Shown here: one piece after another, positions 37,849 through 46,942 of the stretch | How the letters are laid out: each line of letters opens with the position of its first letter | How positions within the stretch are numbered: the first letter of the stretch is position 1 | Source of the DNA: an uncultured bacterium | GTDB taxonomy: Bacteria; Krumholzibacteriota; Krumholzibacteriia; LZORAL124-64-63 | DNA length: 64,000 nt | Assembly (NCBI GenBank): GCA_963727525.1 | Contig: CAVSGO010000008.1 | Location: forward strand, 96,001 to 160,000 | Reading direction: 5' to 3' | Program-made: the position numbers and the translations under genes | Notes under the pieces: model-generated | Told to the model about the DNA's origin: nothing | The model's input: the letters and a program-made list of their open reading frames with translations, nothing else | Databases searched by the model: none

Positions 37849-38651
37849 CGGACCTCCATGTCGAGGCCGAGGTAGTAACATTGAGGCTTGGTCAGCAGCT
37901 GCGGCTGCAGCACCTGCACGCGGCGCGTCGCGAGAATCTCGTTGACCGGGTCATCCGGATTCAGGCGGTCACCCAGCATGCGTGCGCCTACGGGACAGAT
38001 GCCGACGCAGGCCGTGGTCAGACCGTGGCTTAGGCGGTGGCAGCAGAGCGTGCACTTGTCGGCGGTGTGCGTGTGCGGATTCAGAAAGCGACTCCCATAC
38101 GGACAGGCCTGCACGCAGTAGCCGCAGCCGATGCAACGCTTGCCGTCGACCAGCACCACGCCGTCGTCGGTTCGGTACGAGGCACCGACCGGGCATACCT
38201 GGATACACGGTGTCTGTTCGCAGTGGTTGCAGAGCTTGGGTACGAAGAAGGACTTGCGCACGGTCATGGCCGTCGAGAGAGGCTCAAAACCCTGCTCGCC
38301 GCCAAGCGGTGAATCGACGAAGGCCTCACCTTCCACCGGAATCTCGTAGCGTTCGATCCAGGTGCGATACACGCCGGCAGGTACGGCGTTCTCGGCACGG
38401 CAAGCCCGCGCGCAGGCGCCGCAGCCGATGCATTTGGTCGTATCGACGAGGTACACCCAGCGATGCCGCGACCAGTCGTAGGCTGGTGCCGACAACTCGC
38501 TCGCCGCCGCGTCGTCGCGCAGGATGACGCCGAAGGCCACCGCGATGGCGGCGTAGCCACCCAGGGCGGCAGCCTCACGGAGGAACTCGCGACGGCTCTT
38601 CGCTCGCGAGCCGCGCAAGTCGGCGAGGGCGGGATCGATGGTCTGCGTCAT
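37845..38651 (-). CDS. Tat-exported 4Fe-4S dicluster protein (NrfC/PsrB/DsrO family)
   Basis: SRREFL; CIGCGACARAC, CNHC..TPC..VCP, CIGCGYCVQACP, KCTLC...C...CP. Confidence 0.95.
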   Translation of the reverse strand: MTQTIDPALADLRGSRAKSRREFLREAAALGGYAAIAVAFGVILRDDAAASELSAPAYDWSRHRWVYLVDTTKCIGCGACARACRAENAVPAGVYRTWIERYEIPVEGEAFVDSPLGGEQGFEPLSTAMTVRKSFFVPKLCNHCEQTPCIQVCPVGASYRTDDGVVLVDGKRCIGCGYCVQACPYGSRFLNPHTHTADKCTLCCHRLSHGLTTACVGICPVGARMLGDRLNPDDPVNEILATRRVQVLQPQLLTKPQCYYLGLDMEVR

Positions 38652-38678
38652 GGCGTCTCCTTACGGGTCATCGAATCG

Positions 38679-39164
38679 TCACAGCGGTGCGTGCGGGTCG
38701 TGGCAGTCGAAACAGACGTCGGGCGTGAACTCGGCATCCTGCTCCTGCAAGTGCTCGCGCGGCTGGATCTGGGGAAACGTCGCCGGCCGAGCCTCGAGCC
38801 GGCGGTGACAGCCGAGGCAGAGATCGGCGCTGCGGCGGATCGGCATGTCGGCGACCCTGGCACCGCCGGCGACATGGACGGCGAGCGGTGCGTGGCACGA
38901 CTCGCAGTGCACGCTGTGATGTCCGCCCGCGGCGTGCGTGGCGAACTGATCGGCGTGGCATTCCTGACACGACGTGTCGCCTCCGTGGCGCACGGGCAAC
39001 GCGCGGAACTCCGCCACGCTGGCGCCGCGATAGTGTCCGTACTGGCCGAAGGTGTCCGGAACGAAGAACGACCGCCCGAGCAGGAGGGCCACCACGAGGA
39101 CCAGCAACGCGATGAACGCGCGCAAGATGTGCTTGGCGTGAAAGAGAGGACTGCGACTATCCAT
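38679..39164 (-). CDS. membrane-anchored tetraheme cytochrome c
   Basis: N-terminal TM helix; CQECH, CESCH, CLGCH, CFDCH. Confidence 0.92.
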   Translation of the reverse strand: MDSRSPLFHAKHILRAFIALLVLVVALLLGRSFFVPDTFGQYGHYRGASVAEFRALPVRHGGDTSCQECHADQFATHAAGGHHSVHCESCHAPLAVHVAGGARVADMPIRRSADLCLGCHRRLEARPATFPQIQPREHLQEQDAEFTPDVCFDCHDPHAPL

Positions 39165-39441
39165 GCCTTACGTCCTTGCGACGATGGTCAGTACCGATCC
39201 GGGATAGCGACTCCCGGGACACGAGCCACGCGAGAAACGAGGGTGGTCGCGGCCGGGCCGGCGGCGGTGGCGGCAGTTCCTCGCGGCGGGCGAGCCAGCG
39301 CAGAAGCCCGGGATCGCGATGCGGCGCCGCCGGTGGTGGCGTGGCCAGGGTCGCGCGGGAGAAAAGCCAGGTGACGAAGGCGGGGATGCGCCCGGCGCGA
39401 GAGCGCGGTGCGGTGTCGCTGGTATGAGGTCTGCGGGACAT
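39157..39441 (-). CDS. small protein with three P-x-[FL]-[VL]-x-W-L-x-x-R-x-x-L repeats
   Basis: GAGGAGGT RBS; overlaps the cytochrome start by 8 nt. Confidence 0.7.
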   Translation of the reverse strand: MSRRPHTSDTAPRSRAGRIPAFVTWLFSRATLATPPPAAPHRDPGLLRWLARREELPPPPPARPRPPSFLAWLVSRESLSRIGTDHRRKDVRHG

Positions 39442-39476
39442 GCGACCTCCTCGGCCTGGGTTGGGCGAGAAAACCT

Positions 39477-39506
39477 ATTATATCCCTATGAAATCCCACC
39501 TGTCCA
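39477..39506 (-). promoter_or_regulatory. putative sigma70 promoter of the cytochrome/NrfCD operon
   Basis: TGGACA-N18-TATAAT in an AT-rich intergenic region. Confidence 0.45.
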
Positions 39507-39672
39507 CGAAAGTCTTTGCTGTTGATTTTCAATAACCGGACTCTGGCACACCGCTGCCCCTGTTTGCTCGATCCCTCGCGGTTCACCATATTTCGGGGGC
39601 CGCGGGGTCTGGGTCGACTCCTCGCGGACGGCGGCCTCTCGCCCCGGCGTATCATCCGGACGGTATGCTCCG

Positions 39673-40578
39673 ATGCTGAACAAGCTGATCGTCACCTGCT
39701 TGCCGCTGGTTCCCCGGTCGATCGTCCGGCGCGTGTCGCGGCGCTACATCGCGGGCGATGTGCTGCAGGACGCCATCGACACCACCATGCGCCTCAACCG
39801 CGAGGAAGGCGCCTGGACCACGATAGACGTGCTCGGGGAGTTCGTGGAGGACCGTGGCCGCGCGCTGCACGAGAAAGGCTCCAGCCGAGGCGTGCTCGAG
39901 GCGATCAGCGGACACGACCTGACGAACGTGGCGGGGCTGTCCCTGAAGCCCACCAGCCTCGGCCTGGGGCTGGACTTCGATTTCGGCTACGGCAACATCC
40001 GCGAGCTGGTGACCCGGGCGCGCGATTCCGGCATCTTCGTGTGCATCGACATGGAGAACAGCCCACACACCGACGCCACTCTGCGCCTCTACCGCAAGCT
40101 GCGCGACGAGGGCTTCACGAACGTGGGCACCGTGATCCAGGCCATGCTGCGTCGGAGCGAGAAGGACATCCTCTCGCTGCGTGACTACCAGCCGACCATC
40201 CGCCTCTGCAAGGGCATCTACCGCGAGAGCAGGGACGTGGCCTTCACCGACCGCGAGGAGGTGCGTGGCAACTACAAACGGCTGCTGCGCCTCATGCTCG
40301 ACAGCGGCATGTACCCGGCCATCGCCACCCATGACGACCCGCTCATCGCCGACGCGCGCGCCGTCATCGCGGAGCGCAACCTGCGACCTGACCAGTACGA
40401 GTTCCAGATGCTGCTGGGCGTGAAGGAGTCGACCCGCCGCCAGATCCTGCAGGATGGCCACCACCTGCGCGTGTACGTGCCCTTCGGCGAGGACTGGTAC
40501 GGGTATTCCACGCGGCGTCTCAAGGAAAACCCGGCGATGGCCGGCATGATCGCCAAGGCGGTGCTGCTGCGTCAGTGA
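39673..40578 (+). CDS. monofunctional proline dehydrogenase
   Basis: RYIAG, DVLGE, SLKPT, IDME, RLCKG.Y, AIATHD, EFQMLLG, YVPFG.DWY.Y..RRL.ENP. Confidence 0.95.
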   Translation: MLNKLIVTCLPLVPRSIVRRVSRRYIAGDVLQDAIDTTMRLNREEGAWTTIDVLGEFVEDRGRALHEKGSSRGVLEAISGHDLTNVAGLSLKPTSLGLGLDFDFGYGNIRELVTRARDSGIFVCIDMENSPHTDATLRLYRKLRDEGFTNVGTVIQAMLRRSEKDILSLRDYQPTIRLCKGIYRESRDVAFTDREEVRGNYKRLLRLMLDSGMYPAIATHDDPLIADARAVIAERNLRPDQYEFQMLLGVKESTRRQILQDGHHLRVYVPFGEDWYGYSTRRLKENPAMAGMIAKAVLLRQ

Positions 40579-40584
40579 TGGAGG

Positions 40585-41316
40585 TCAGCGACCGTACCCG
40601 AGCCGCTCGGCCAGCGTGGCGGGCAGCTCGGCGGCGAGGATCTTCGACTGCGTCAGCGCCACCTCGTAGTTGACGCGATACAGCTCCACGCAACCCTTCT
40701 CCTGATCGTAGAGACCGAACGATGCGCGCGGGTCGCCGTCTCGCGGCTGGCCCACGCTGCCCACGTTCATCAGGTAGCGCGCGTCCGGATCGATAAGCAC
40801 GGGATCGGTGGCGGAGAAGGGGATGCGCCCCACGTCGCTCTGCACGGCGATCGGCTGGTGTGTGTGTCCGAAGAAGCACAGCGGTGTCGACAGGGCCTCG
40901 AGGGCGCGGTCGGCATCGGTCTGGCTCGAGATGTAGTTCCACGCGCCAGGGTCCACCGGCGAGTCGTGCACGAACGTGATGGCGTCATCGAGCTGGGCCG
41001 ATAGCGGCAACTCGCGCAGCCAGGCCAGCTGGTCGGCCGAGAGCGCCTGGCGGGTCCATTCGACGGCCACCACGGCGCGGCGGGTGGTGAAGGGGTCCAC
41101 ACGGCCGGTGCCTACCATCTCGTCGTGGTTGCCGCGGATCACCGTGAACGGATCGAGGGCGCGGATGCGGTCGATACACGCGCCGGGGTCGGCGCCGTAG
41201 CCCACCACATCGCCGAGGCACACGAAGCGATCGACTCCGAGCGACGTGGCGCGATGCACCACGGCCTCGAGCGCCTCCAGATTTGCATGGACGTCCGAGA
41301 AAATGGCGAGGCGCAT
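40585..41316 (-). CDS. calcineurin-like metallophosphoesterase family protein
   Basis: SDVHAN, LGDVVGYG, GNHD, GHTH, NVGSVGQPRDGDPRA. Confidence 0.95.
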   Translation of the reverse strand: MRLAIFSDVHANLEALEAVVHRATSLGVDRFVCLGDVVGYGADPGACIDRIRALDPFTVIRGNHDEMVGTGRVDPFTTRRAVVAVEWTRQALSADQLAWLRELPLSAQLDDAITFVHDSPVDPGAWNYISSQTDADRALEALSTPLCFFGHTHQPIAVQSDVGRIPFSATDPVLIDPDARYLMNVGSVGQPRDGDPRASFGLYDQEKGCVELYRVNYEVALTQSKILAAELPATLAERLGYGR

Positions 41317-41324
41317 GCCGTTCC

Positions 41325-42473
41325 TTATTGTCGCGGTGTCCAGGTGACCTTTTTCTTGCCGCGCAGGAACTGCACGAAGGCCACGGCTGACGCGAGATTG
41401 ATCACGCAAAGATAGTACGCAAGAGTGACGACCGCAGGCCTCGTCCCTCGTCGCAGCACGTGGCCGTACCAGGCCAGTCCGTAGAAGATAAGCTGGGCCG
41501 CGAGCATGGCCGCCCAGAAATTGCTCCCGCGGCCGAAATAGAGGGCCGTGTTCACCACGAAGGCACCGAGTTGAAAGAACGGTCCCAGGTAGCGTAACAG
41601 CTTGTGCGACCACAGTTGCCAGGCGAAGACGCCGTAGCGCAGGGGGTTGAGCAGGGCCGCCTTGTCCTTCAGGGCCCACCAGGCGCGCAGGGAGACGCGC
41701 ACCCGCATGCGGAACTCGTCGCCAGTGTCGCTGAGCGCGTCCTCGTAGAGGAGGGCGCGCGGTTCGTACACCACGCGCCAGCCCCGCTCGCGCACGGTGA
41801 GCGGTTGCACGAAGTCGGGGAGCTGGTCGGCCCGCATCGGCGTGTAGATGTCCCGGCGCATGGCGTCCACGCCACCATCCACGCCCACGATGGAGCCGAG
41901 ATCGGTCTCCCAGTCGCGCAGCAGGTTCTCGTAGCGCATGTAGGCCGAGCAGCCCTCGCCGGTGAGCGAGCCGTCCGGCGCCTTGTAGACCATGCGCCCG
42001 GTGACGTAACCCACGGACGCGTCGCCCAGGGGTTGCACGAGCTGCCGGACGGTATCGGGGGCGTAAAGGCTGTTCGCGTCGCTGAAAACGATGACCTCGC
42101 CCGTGGCCTGCGGCATGATCAGATTGAGTCCGCTGGTCTTGCCCTGGCGCGGCTCCTGTCTTACGAGGGCGACGCGCGGATCGCCGAGGCCGCGGACGAT
42201 GTCGTCGGTACCGTCATCGCTGCCGTCGCTCACCACGATCACGTCGAGCCGGTCGGCCGGGTAGTCCTGCTCCAGCTTGTTGCGCACCGTGCCCGCGATG
42301 TGGCGCGCCTCGTTGAACGCGGCGATGAGCACCGTCACCGTGGGTGTGTAGGCGCCGTCCGGAGGATAGGCGATGCGCCGGCGCAGGAGTCCGCCGAGGA
42401 CGCGGGCTAGCACGGGATAGCCGGCGTAGATGTACGCCAGGAGCAGGAGACAGAGCCAGAACAGTGTGACCAT
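41325..42473 (-). CDS. glycosyltransferase family 2 protein
   Basis: AAFNE, SDGSDD, FSDAN, DF, R.R, SHKLLR; TM helices. Confidence 0.93.
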   Translation of the reverse strand: MVTLFWLCLLLLAYIYAGYPVLARVLGGLLRRRIAYPPDGAYTPTVTVLIAAFNEARHIAGTVRNKLEQDYPADRLDVIVVSDGSDDGTDDIVRGLGDPRVALVRQEPRQGKTSGLNLIMPQATGEVIVFSDANSLYAPDTVRQLVQPLGDASVGYVTGRMVYKAPDGSLTGEGCSAYMRYENLLRDWETDLGSIVGVDGGVDAMRRDIYTPMRADQLPDFVQPLTVRERGWRVVYEPRALLYEDALSDTGDEFRMRVRVSLRAWWALKDKAALLNPLRYGVFAWQLWSHKLLRYLGPFFQLGAFVVNTALYFGRGSNFWAAMLAAQLIFYGLAWYGHVLRRGTRPAVVTLAYYLCVINLASAVAFVQFLRGKKKVTWTPRQ

Positions 42474-42484
42474 GGATGGGTGCC

Positions 42485-43714
42485 TCAACCGAAGAACAGG
42501 TAGCTCACCAGGATGGCCGCGATCATGCCGGCGACATCGGCCGCGAGACCACAGGCCACCGCGTATCGCGTACGCCGGATGCCGACGCTTCCGAAATACA
42601 CGGCCAGGACGTAGAAGGTGGTTTCCGTGCTGCCCTGCATCACGCTCACGAGGCGGCCGGCGAAGCTGTCGGGGCCGAACGTCTGCATCGTGTCGATCAT
42701 GAGCCCGCGCGCCCCGCTGCCCGAGAGCGGCTTCATGAGCGCCGTGGGCAGCCCGTCGACCCAGCGCGTGTCGCCGCCGAGGGCGTGCACGCCGGCGCGC
42801 ACGCCGTCCAGGAGCAGGTCGAGCGCGCCGCTGGCCCGGAACACGCCGATCGCCACCAGCATCGCCACCAGGTAGGGGATGATCGTGATGGCCGTCTCGA
42901 ATCCCTGCTTGGCGCCCTCGACGAAGGCCTCGTACACGTTCACCCTCTGGCGGATCGCCAGGAGCAGGAAGACCGTGATGAGCGTGAAGATGAGCGCGTT
43001 GGCCAGCACGGCCGACTGCGCTGCCACCTGGTTCTGCGGCAGCCGTGCGAACCAGGCCACCAGTCCCGCCACCACCGCCGCGGCGCCGCCCAGATAGGCG
43101 ATCACGACCGGATCGTGGAGCTTCAGCTTCTGCACGAGCGCCGTCGTGATCAGGCCCACCAGCGTGCTGCAGAAGGTGGCGATGAGGATGGGCAGGAACA
43201 CGTCGGTGGGATCGGCGGCGCCCATCTGCGCGCGGTAGGTGAAGATCGTGACCGGCACGACCGTCACGGCCGACGTGTTGATCACCAGGAAGAGGATCTG
43301 CGCGTCGCTCGCGGTGTCAGGCGTGCGGTTGAGGGTCTGCAACTCCTTCATCGCCGCCAGGCCGAGGGGCGTGGCGGCGTTGTCGAGCCCCAGCATGTTG
43401 GCGGCCAGGTTCATGATCATGGCGCCCTCGGCAGGGTGACCGGCCGGCACGCCCGGGAACAGCCGGCGCATCAGGGGGGCGAAGGCCCGCGCCAGCAGGT
43501 CCACGGCGCCGCCCTTCTCGCCAATGCGCATCAGCCCCAGCCACAGGCACATGACGCCGGTGAGCCCCAGGGCGATCTCGAAGGCGGTCTTCGCCGTGTC
43601 GAAGGTGCTGCCGACAATCGTCTGCCACACCTCGGCGTGGCCCAGGACGAGCGACTGCACGCAGGCCACGGCGAAGGCGGCCAGGAAGAAGAAGGCCCAG
43701 ATCCGGTTCAGCAT
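42485..43714 (-). CDS. SpmA/SpmB fused nucleoside-recognition (Gate) domain membrane protein
   Basis: ANMLGLDNAATPLG, KPLSGSGA, GSTETTFYVLAVYFG. Confidence 0.93.
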   Translation of the reverse strand: MLNRIWAFFFLAAFAVACVQSLVLGHAEVWQTIVGSTFDTAKTAFEIALGLTGVMCLWLGLMRIGEKGGAVDLLARAFAPLMRRLFPGVPAGHPAEGAMIMNLAANMLGLDNAATPLGLAAMKELQTLNRTPDTASDAQILFLVINTSAVTVVPVTIFTYRAQMGAADPTDVFLPILIATFCSTLVGLITTALVQKLKLHDPVVIAYLGGAAAVVAGLVAWFARLPQNQVAAQSAVLANALIFTLITVFLLLAIRQRVNVYEAFVEGAKQGFETAITIIPYLVAMLVAIGVFRASGALDLLLDGVRAGVHALGGDTRWVDGLPTALMKPLSGSGARGLMIDTMQTFGPDSFAGRLVSVMQGSTETTFYVLAVYFGSVGIRRTRYAVACGLAADVAGMIAAILVSYLFFG

Positions 43715-43848
43715 GGTGCCAGGATAGGGACGCGGCGGCGGCGTGTCATGGAGAATTCTCGCCCGAGGACCAAACCTGGGCGCCCTCGCGGACGTCTAAT
43801 GTCCATGATGTCGCCGTGATCGATCCTCGAACCCCCGGAGGTCGTCCC

Positions 43849-44529
43849 ATGCTCCCGCGCCGGATCCCTCGCATCTCGACCTTGATCCTGTGCCTGATCC
43901 TCGCCACGCCCGCGCTCGCCTTCGATCTCGGCAAGCACTTCGGCCGCGGCGAGAAGGGCAACGGCACCATGAAGACGGTGACGTTCGACGTGGCCGATTG
44001 CCATGCCGTGCGGCTGGAGTGCGGACTCGACATCGATATCTCGTTCGGCGACCACCAGAAGGTGGCGCTGACGGTGGATGAGAACCTCGTCGACAACTAT
44101 GAGGTCGTGGCCGACGGCGGTACGCTCGTGATCGACGCCAGGGACAACCCCCGCCCCGGCAAGCACGCGAAGCTCGCGCTCACGCTGACGTCGCTGTCCT
44201 CGCTCGCCATCACCGGCGCCGGCGATGTGACGGTCGCCGGTTTCGCCGGCGAATCGCTGGAGATCGACGTGTCAGGGGCCGGCGATCTGACGCTGGACGG
44301 CCACGCGAACACCCTCGCCGTCGATGTGTCCGGTGCCGGCGACATCGACGCCCGCGACCTGGAGGCGAGGTCGGTGACGCTGACGCTCAACGGTGCGGGC
44401 GATGCCCAGGTGTACGCCAGCGAGGCGGCCGACGTCACGGTGAACGGGGTGGGCGACGTCGAGGTGTATGGCAACCCCGCGCAGTTCACCAAGGCCGTCC
44501 ACGGCGTGGGCGACATCGAACGGAAATAG
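43849..44529 (+). CDS. DUF2807 (head GIN domain) protein
   Basis: Signal peptide; DENL; repeated [SN]GAGD; YGNP. Confidence 0.9.
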   Translation: MLPRRIPRISTLILCLILATPALAFDLGKHFGRGEKGNGTMKTVTFDVADCHAVRLECGLDIDISFGDHQKVALTVDENLVDNYEVVADGGTLVIDARDNPRPGKHAKLALTLTSLSSLAITGAGDVTVAGFAGESLEIDVSGAGDLTLDGHANTLAVDVSGAGDIDARDLEARSVTLTLNGAGDAQVYASEAADVTVNGVGDVEVYGNPAQFTKAVHGVGDIERK

Positions 44530-44532
44530 CCG

Positions 44533-45420
44533 TTGCCCGCGCCCGGTGCTATCGTCCCCGCGAGGAGGATCGCCGTGCACGAGGTCTGGCAAGGTACCCT
44601 GCGAAAGATGCGCGCCGTCCCCGGCGACGACGGTGCGCCGGCCCGCTACGCGCTCGCCGACGGGTTCTGGAATCCGCAGGAACGCGTCGACGATCTGCCC
44701 ATGAACGATCGGCTGGGCGCGCCGCTGGAGATCCGTTTCACGGGTAAGATCGCCTGTACCTACTGCGGACGCGCCACGAAGAAGACCTTCGGCGAGGGTT
44801 TCTGCTACCCGTGTTTCCTGGCGCGCGCTGAGGCCGACCAGTGTATCGTGCGGCCCGAGCTGTGCCACTACCACGTGCCCGACGATCCCTGCCGCGACGA
44901 CGCCTTCGCGCAGAGCCACTGTTTCCAGCCCCACGTGCTCTACGCCTCGCTCACCTCGGCGCCGAAGGTGGGCATCACGCGGCGCGCGAATGTCCCCACG
45001 CGCTGGCTCGACCAGGGAGCCACGGCGGCGATCGCGCTGGCCGAGCTGCCGGATCGCCGCAGCGTGGGGCTCGTGGAAGCGCGCCTGCGCGACGAGGTGG
45101 GGCTGCAGGACCGCACGCACTGGACGCGCCTGCTGAAGAATGCCGAGGGTGAGGGCGATCTCGCGGCGTTCGCCGCCGGCATCGTCGACCGTCTCGCCGC
45201 CTGGGATATCGCCGGAGTGTTGCCGGCCAGCGATCGCGTCGTGCGTCGCTTCGCCTATCCCGTCCTCGTCTATCCCACCAAGGTGACCAGCTTCAACCTC
45301 GACAAGGACCCCCTCGCGGGCGGCGCGCTGCAGGGCATCAAGGGGCAGTATCTCATCTTCGCCGGCGGCGTGATCAATCTGCGCAAGTACACCGGGTACC
45401 AGGTCGTGGTCTCCGCGTAA
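44533..45420 (+). CDS. DUF2797 domain-containing protein
   Basis: KM, CTYCG...GFCYPCF, CIVRPELCH, KVGITR, TRWLDQGA, GIKGQYL; start uncertain (44533 or 44575). Confidence 0.9.
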   Translation: MPAPGAIVPARRIAVHEVWQGTLRKMRAVPGDDGAPARYALADGFWNPQERVDDLPMNDRLGAPLEIRFTGKIACTYCGRATKKTFGEGFCYPCFLARAEADQCIVRPELCHYHVPDDPCRDDAFAQSHCFQPHVLYASLTSAPKVGITRRANVPTRWLDQGATAAIALAELPDRRSVGLVEARLRDEVGLQDRTHWTRLLKNAEGEGDLAAFAAGIVDRLAAWDIAGVLPASDRVVRRFAYPVLVYPTKVTSFNLDKDPLAGGALQGIKGQYLIFAGGVINLRKYTGYQVVVSA

Positions 45421-45618
45421 CGAGCATCGCGTCGCGCGTCTCCATGCCGCGACATCGTGCGTCGGCGCGTCATGCGGCGTTGTCGGCGCCGCGGTGCGTG
45501 GGCGCCCCGATCGCCGGATCCGTGGCGCCAGGCGCGGTGGCGGGCCGTGGCCCGGCGTTTGCGAGACGGGAGTCGGCGGGCCAGGAGGGTCCCCACTCAC
45601 GCGAACAAGGAGGTCACG

Positions 45619-45813
45619 ATGAACGAATCCACGCTGCGTCCGGCCGATGTCGACCTGCAATCCCTCGGCATCCAGGAGCTGCATGAGCGGCTCGAGTTCA
45701 GTCCCCTGTTGACCGGCGGTGTCGATGCGGCGCAGAACACGACGTGCTGCACGTGCAAGATCGGCCCGTACGACCCGACCAACGAGCCCTGGGATCCCTT
45801 CTACAATGCGTAG
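45619..45813 (+). CDS. putative RiPP precursor peptide (64 aa)
   Basis: Perfect AAGGAGGT RBS; leader ...LGIQELHERLEFSPLLTGG; core VDAAQNTTCCTCKIGPYDPTNEPWDPFYNA; overlaps the next gene. Confidence 0.75.
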   Translation: MNESTLRPADVDLQSLGIQELHERLEFSPLLTGGVDAAQNTTCCTCKIGPYDPTNEPWDPFYNA

Positions 45814-46942
45814 TCGGCCGTCTGGTGCGGAGCGCTGGGCCCTGTGGACCCTGCAGGCTCTCGTGCCCGAGGCCGACCCGGCGGCGCTGCACGCTCTACG
45901 GGCGCGGCAGCGCCGCTACCAGGCTCTCGAGTTCGAGGCGATGCGGCAGATCCAGGACGGCAACCTGGGCTTGCTGCAACCCGGTCGCCAGGTTCTCGCC
46001 GCGCATCCCGAACTGCGCACTGGTCTCGTGCTCACGTTGCACCAGGGACCGTATCAACTCGTGCTCGAGCCCTTCGCGGCGGCGGGTGATACGTTGACGG
46101 TGCTCATCAACGCGGCGGCGCGGGAGGCTCTGCAACCGCAGGCCGAGCAACTCGGCCGACGCCTCGACCACACGGGCGCGATCGTGTGGGCGACGCTCGG
46201 TGATCCGGCGTGTATGCGCCAGATCGTGCGGGCGTTGCGCGCTGGCACGCCGGTGGTGGTCTTCGCCGACGGCAACCAGGGTGAGGGCGGGCACGCGGCC
46301 ACACGCGCGCGGGGGCGGCCCTACCACCTGCCGGGCCGCGAGATCCGCCTGCGCGACGGACTGGGACGTCTCGCCTGCCGTCTCGGCTGCCCCGTCCACC
46401 CGGTGGCCGTGCGCTGGACGGACGATGGCGGTGTGGCCTGGCACCTCGGGTCCACGCAGCGCTGGTCGCGGGCGGATGACCCGGGGCAGGTGGCTGCCCT
46501 CATGATGGACTGGGCGGTGCACGAGATCACCGTGGCGCCGGAGCAGTGGACGTACTGGGATATGATCGGCCTGTCGGCGGCGGCATTCAGCCCGCAGCGC
46601 GACCGCACGCTCGCTGTACCGGTGGCCCTGCGCGACGACTACGCCCGCGCCTTCAGGATCTGCACGCAACGGGCGCCGGGATCCGTGCGCCTTGCTCTGG
46701 AGCACGCGGTGGAGGTGTGGCCGGGAGACGTGCTCGTCGATACCACCGACGACCGCTTCTATCCCGCGTCCGGCCTGCAGGACGAAGACCTCGCCATGCT
46801 GCGGTCAGGCCAGCCCTCGCTGCGCGCCCTCGCCGATGCCCAGGGCGAGGCCTGGCTGCAGACCCATGGTTTGCGACTCTGCCTCCTCGGCCTGGCGCGG
46901 CTGGTCTGGCAGTCGGCGCGGAGCCCGGCGACCGGTGGCTGA
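45806..46942 (+). CDS. LpxL/HtrB-like (LPLAT) acyltransferase with RRE-like C-terminal extension
   Basis: LTLHQGPYQ, ALRAG.PVVVFADG, GR...G...LA....PVHP, PEQWTYW; last ~70 aa show a beta3-alpha3 pattern ending LRLCLLGL. Confidence 0.75.
   Translation: MRSRPSGAERWALWTLQALVPEADPAALHALRARQRRYQALEFEAMRQIQDGNLGLLQPGRQVLAAHPELRTGLVLTLHQGPYQLVLEPFAAAGDTLTVLINAAAREALQPQAEQLGRRLDHTGAIVWATLGDPACMRQIVRALRAGTPVVVFADGNQGEGGHAATRARGRPYHLPGREIRLRDGLGRLACRLGCPVHPVAVRWTDDGGVAWHLGSTQRWSRADDPGQVAALMMDWAVHEITVAPEQWTYWDMIGLSAAAFSPQRDRTLAVPVALRDDYARAFRICTQRAPGSVRLALEHAVEVWPGDVLVDTTDDRFYPASGLQDEDLAMLRSGQPSLRALADAQGEAWLQTHGLRLCLLGLARLVWQSARSPATGG

Noticed and set aside
42485-43714. SpmA/B as evidence of sporulation
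   Set aside because: Fused SpmAB homologs are widespread in non-sporulating bacteria
45806-46942. Ordinary lipid A late acyltransferase (lpxL)
   Set aside because: No N-terminal membrane anchor, altered H(x)4D/E motif (HQGPYQ), extra C-terminal domain, no LPS genes nearby, and coupled to a peptide and an M50 protease
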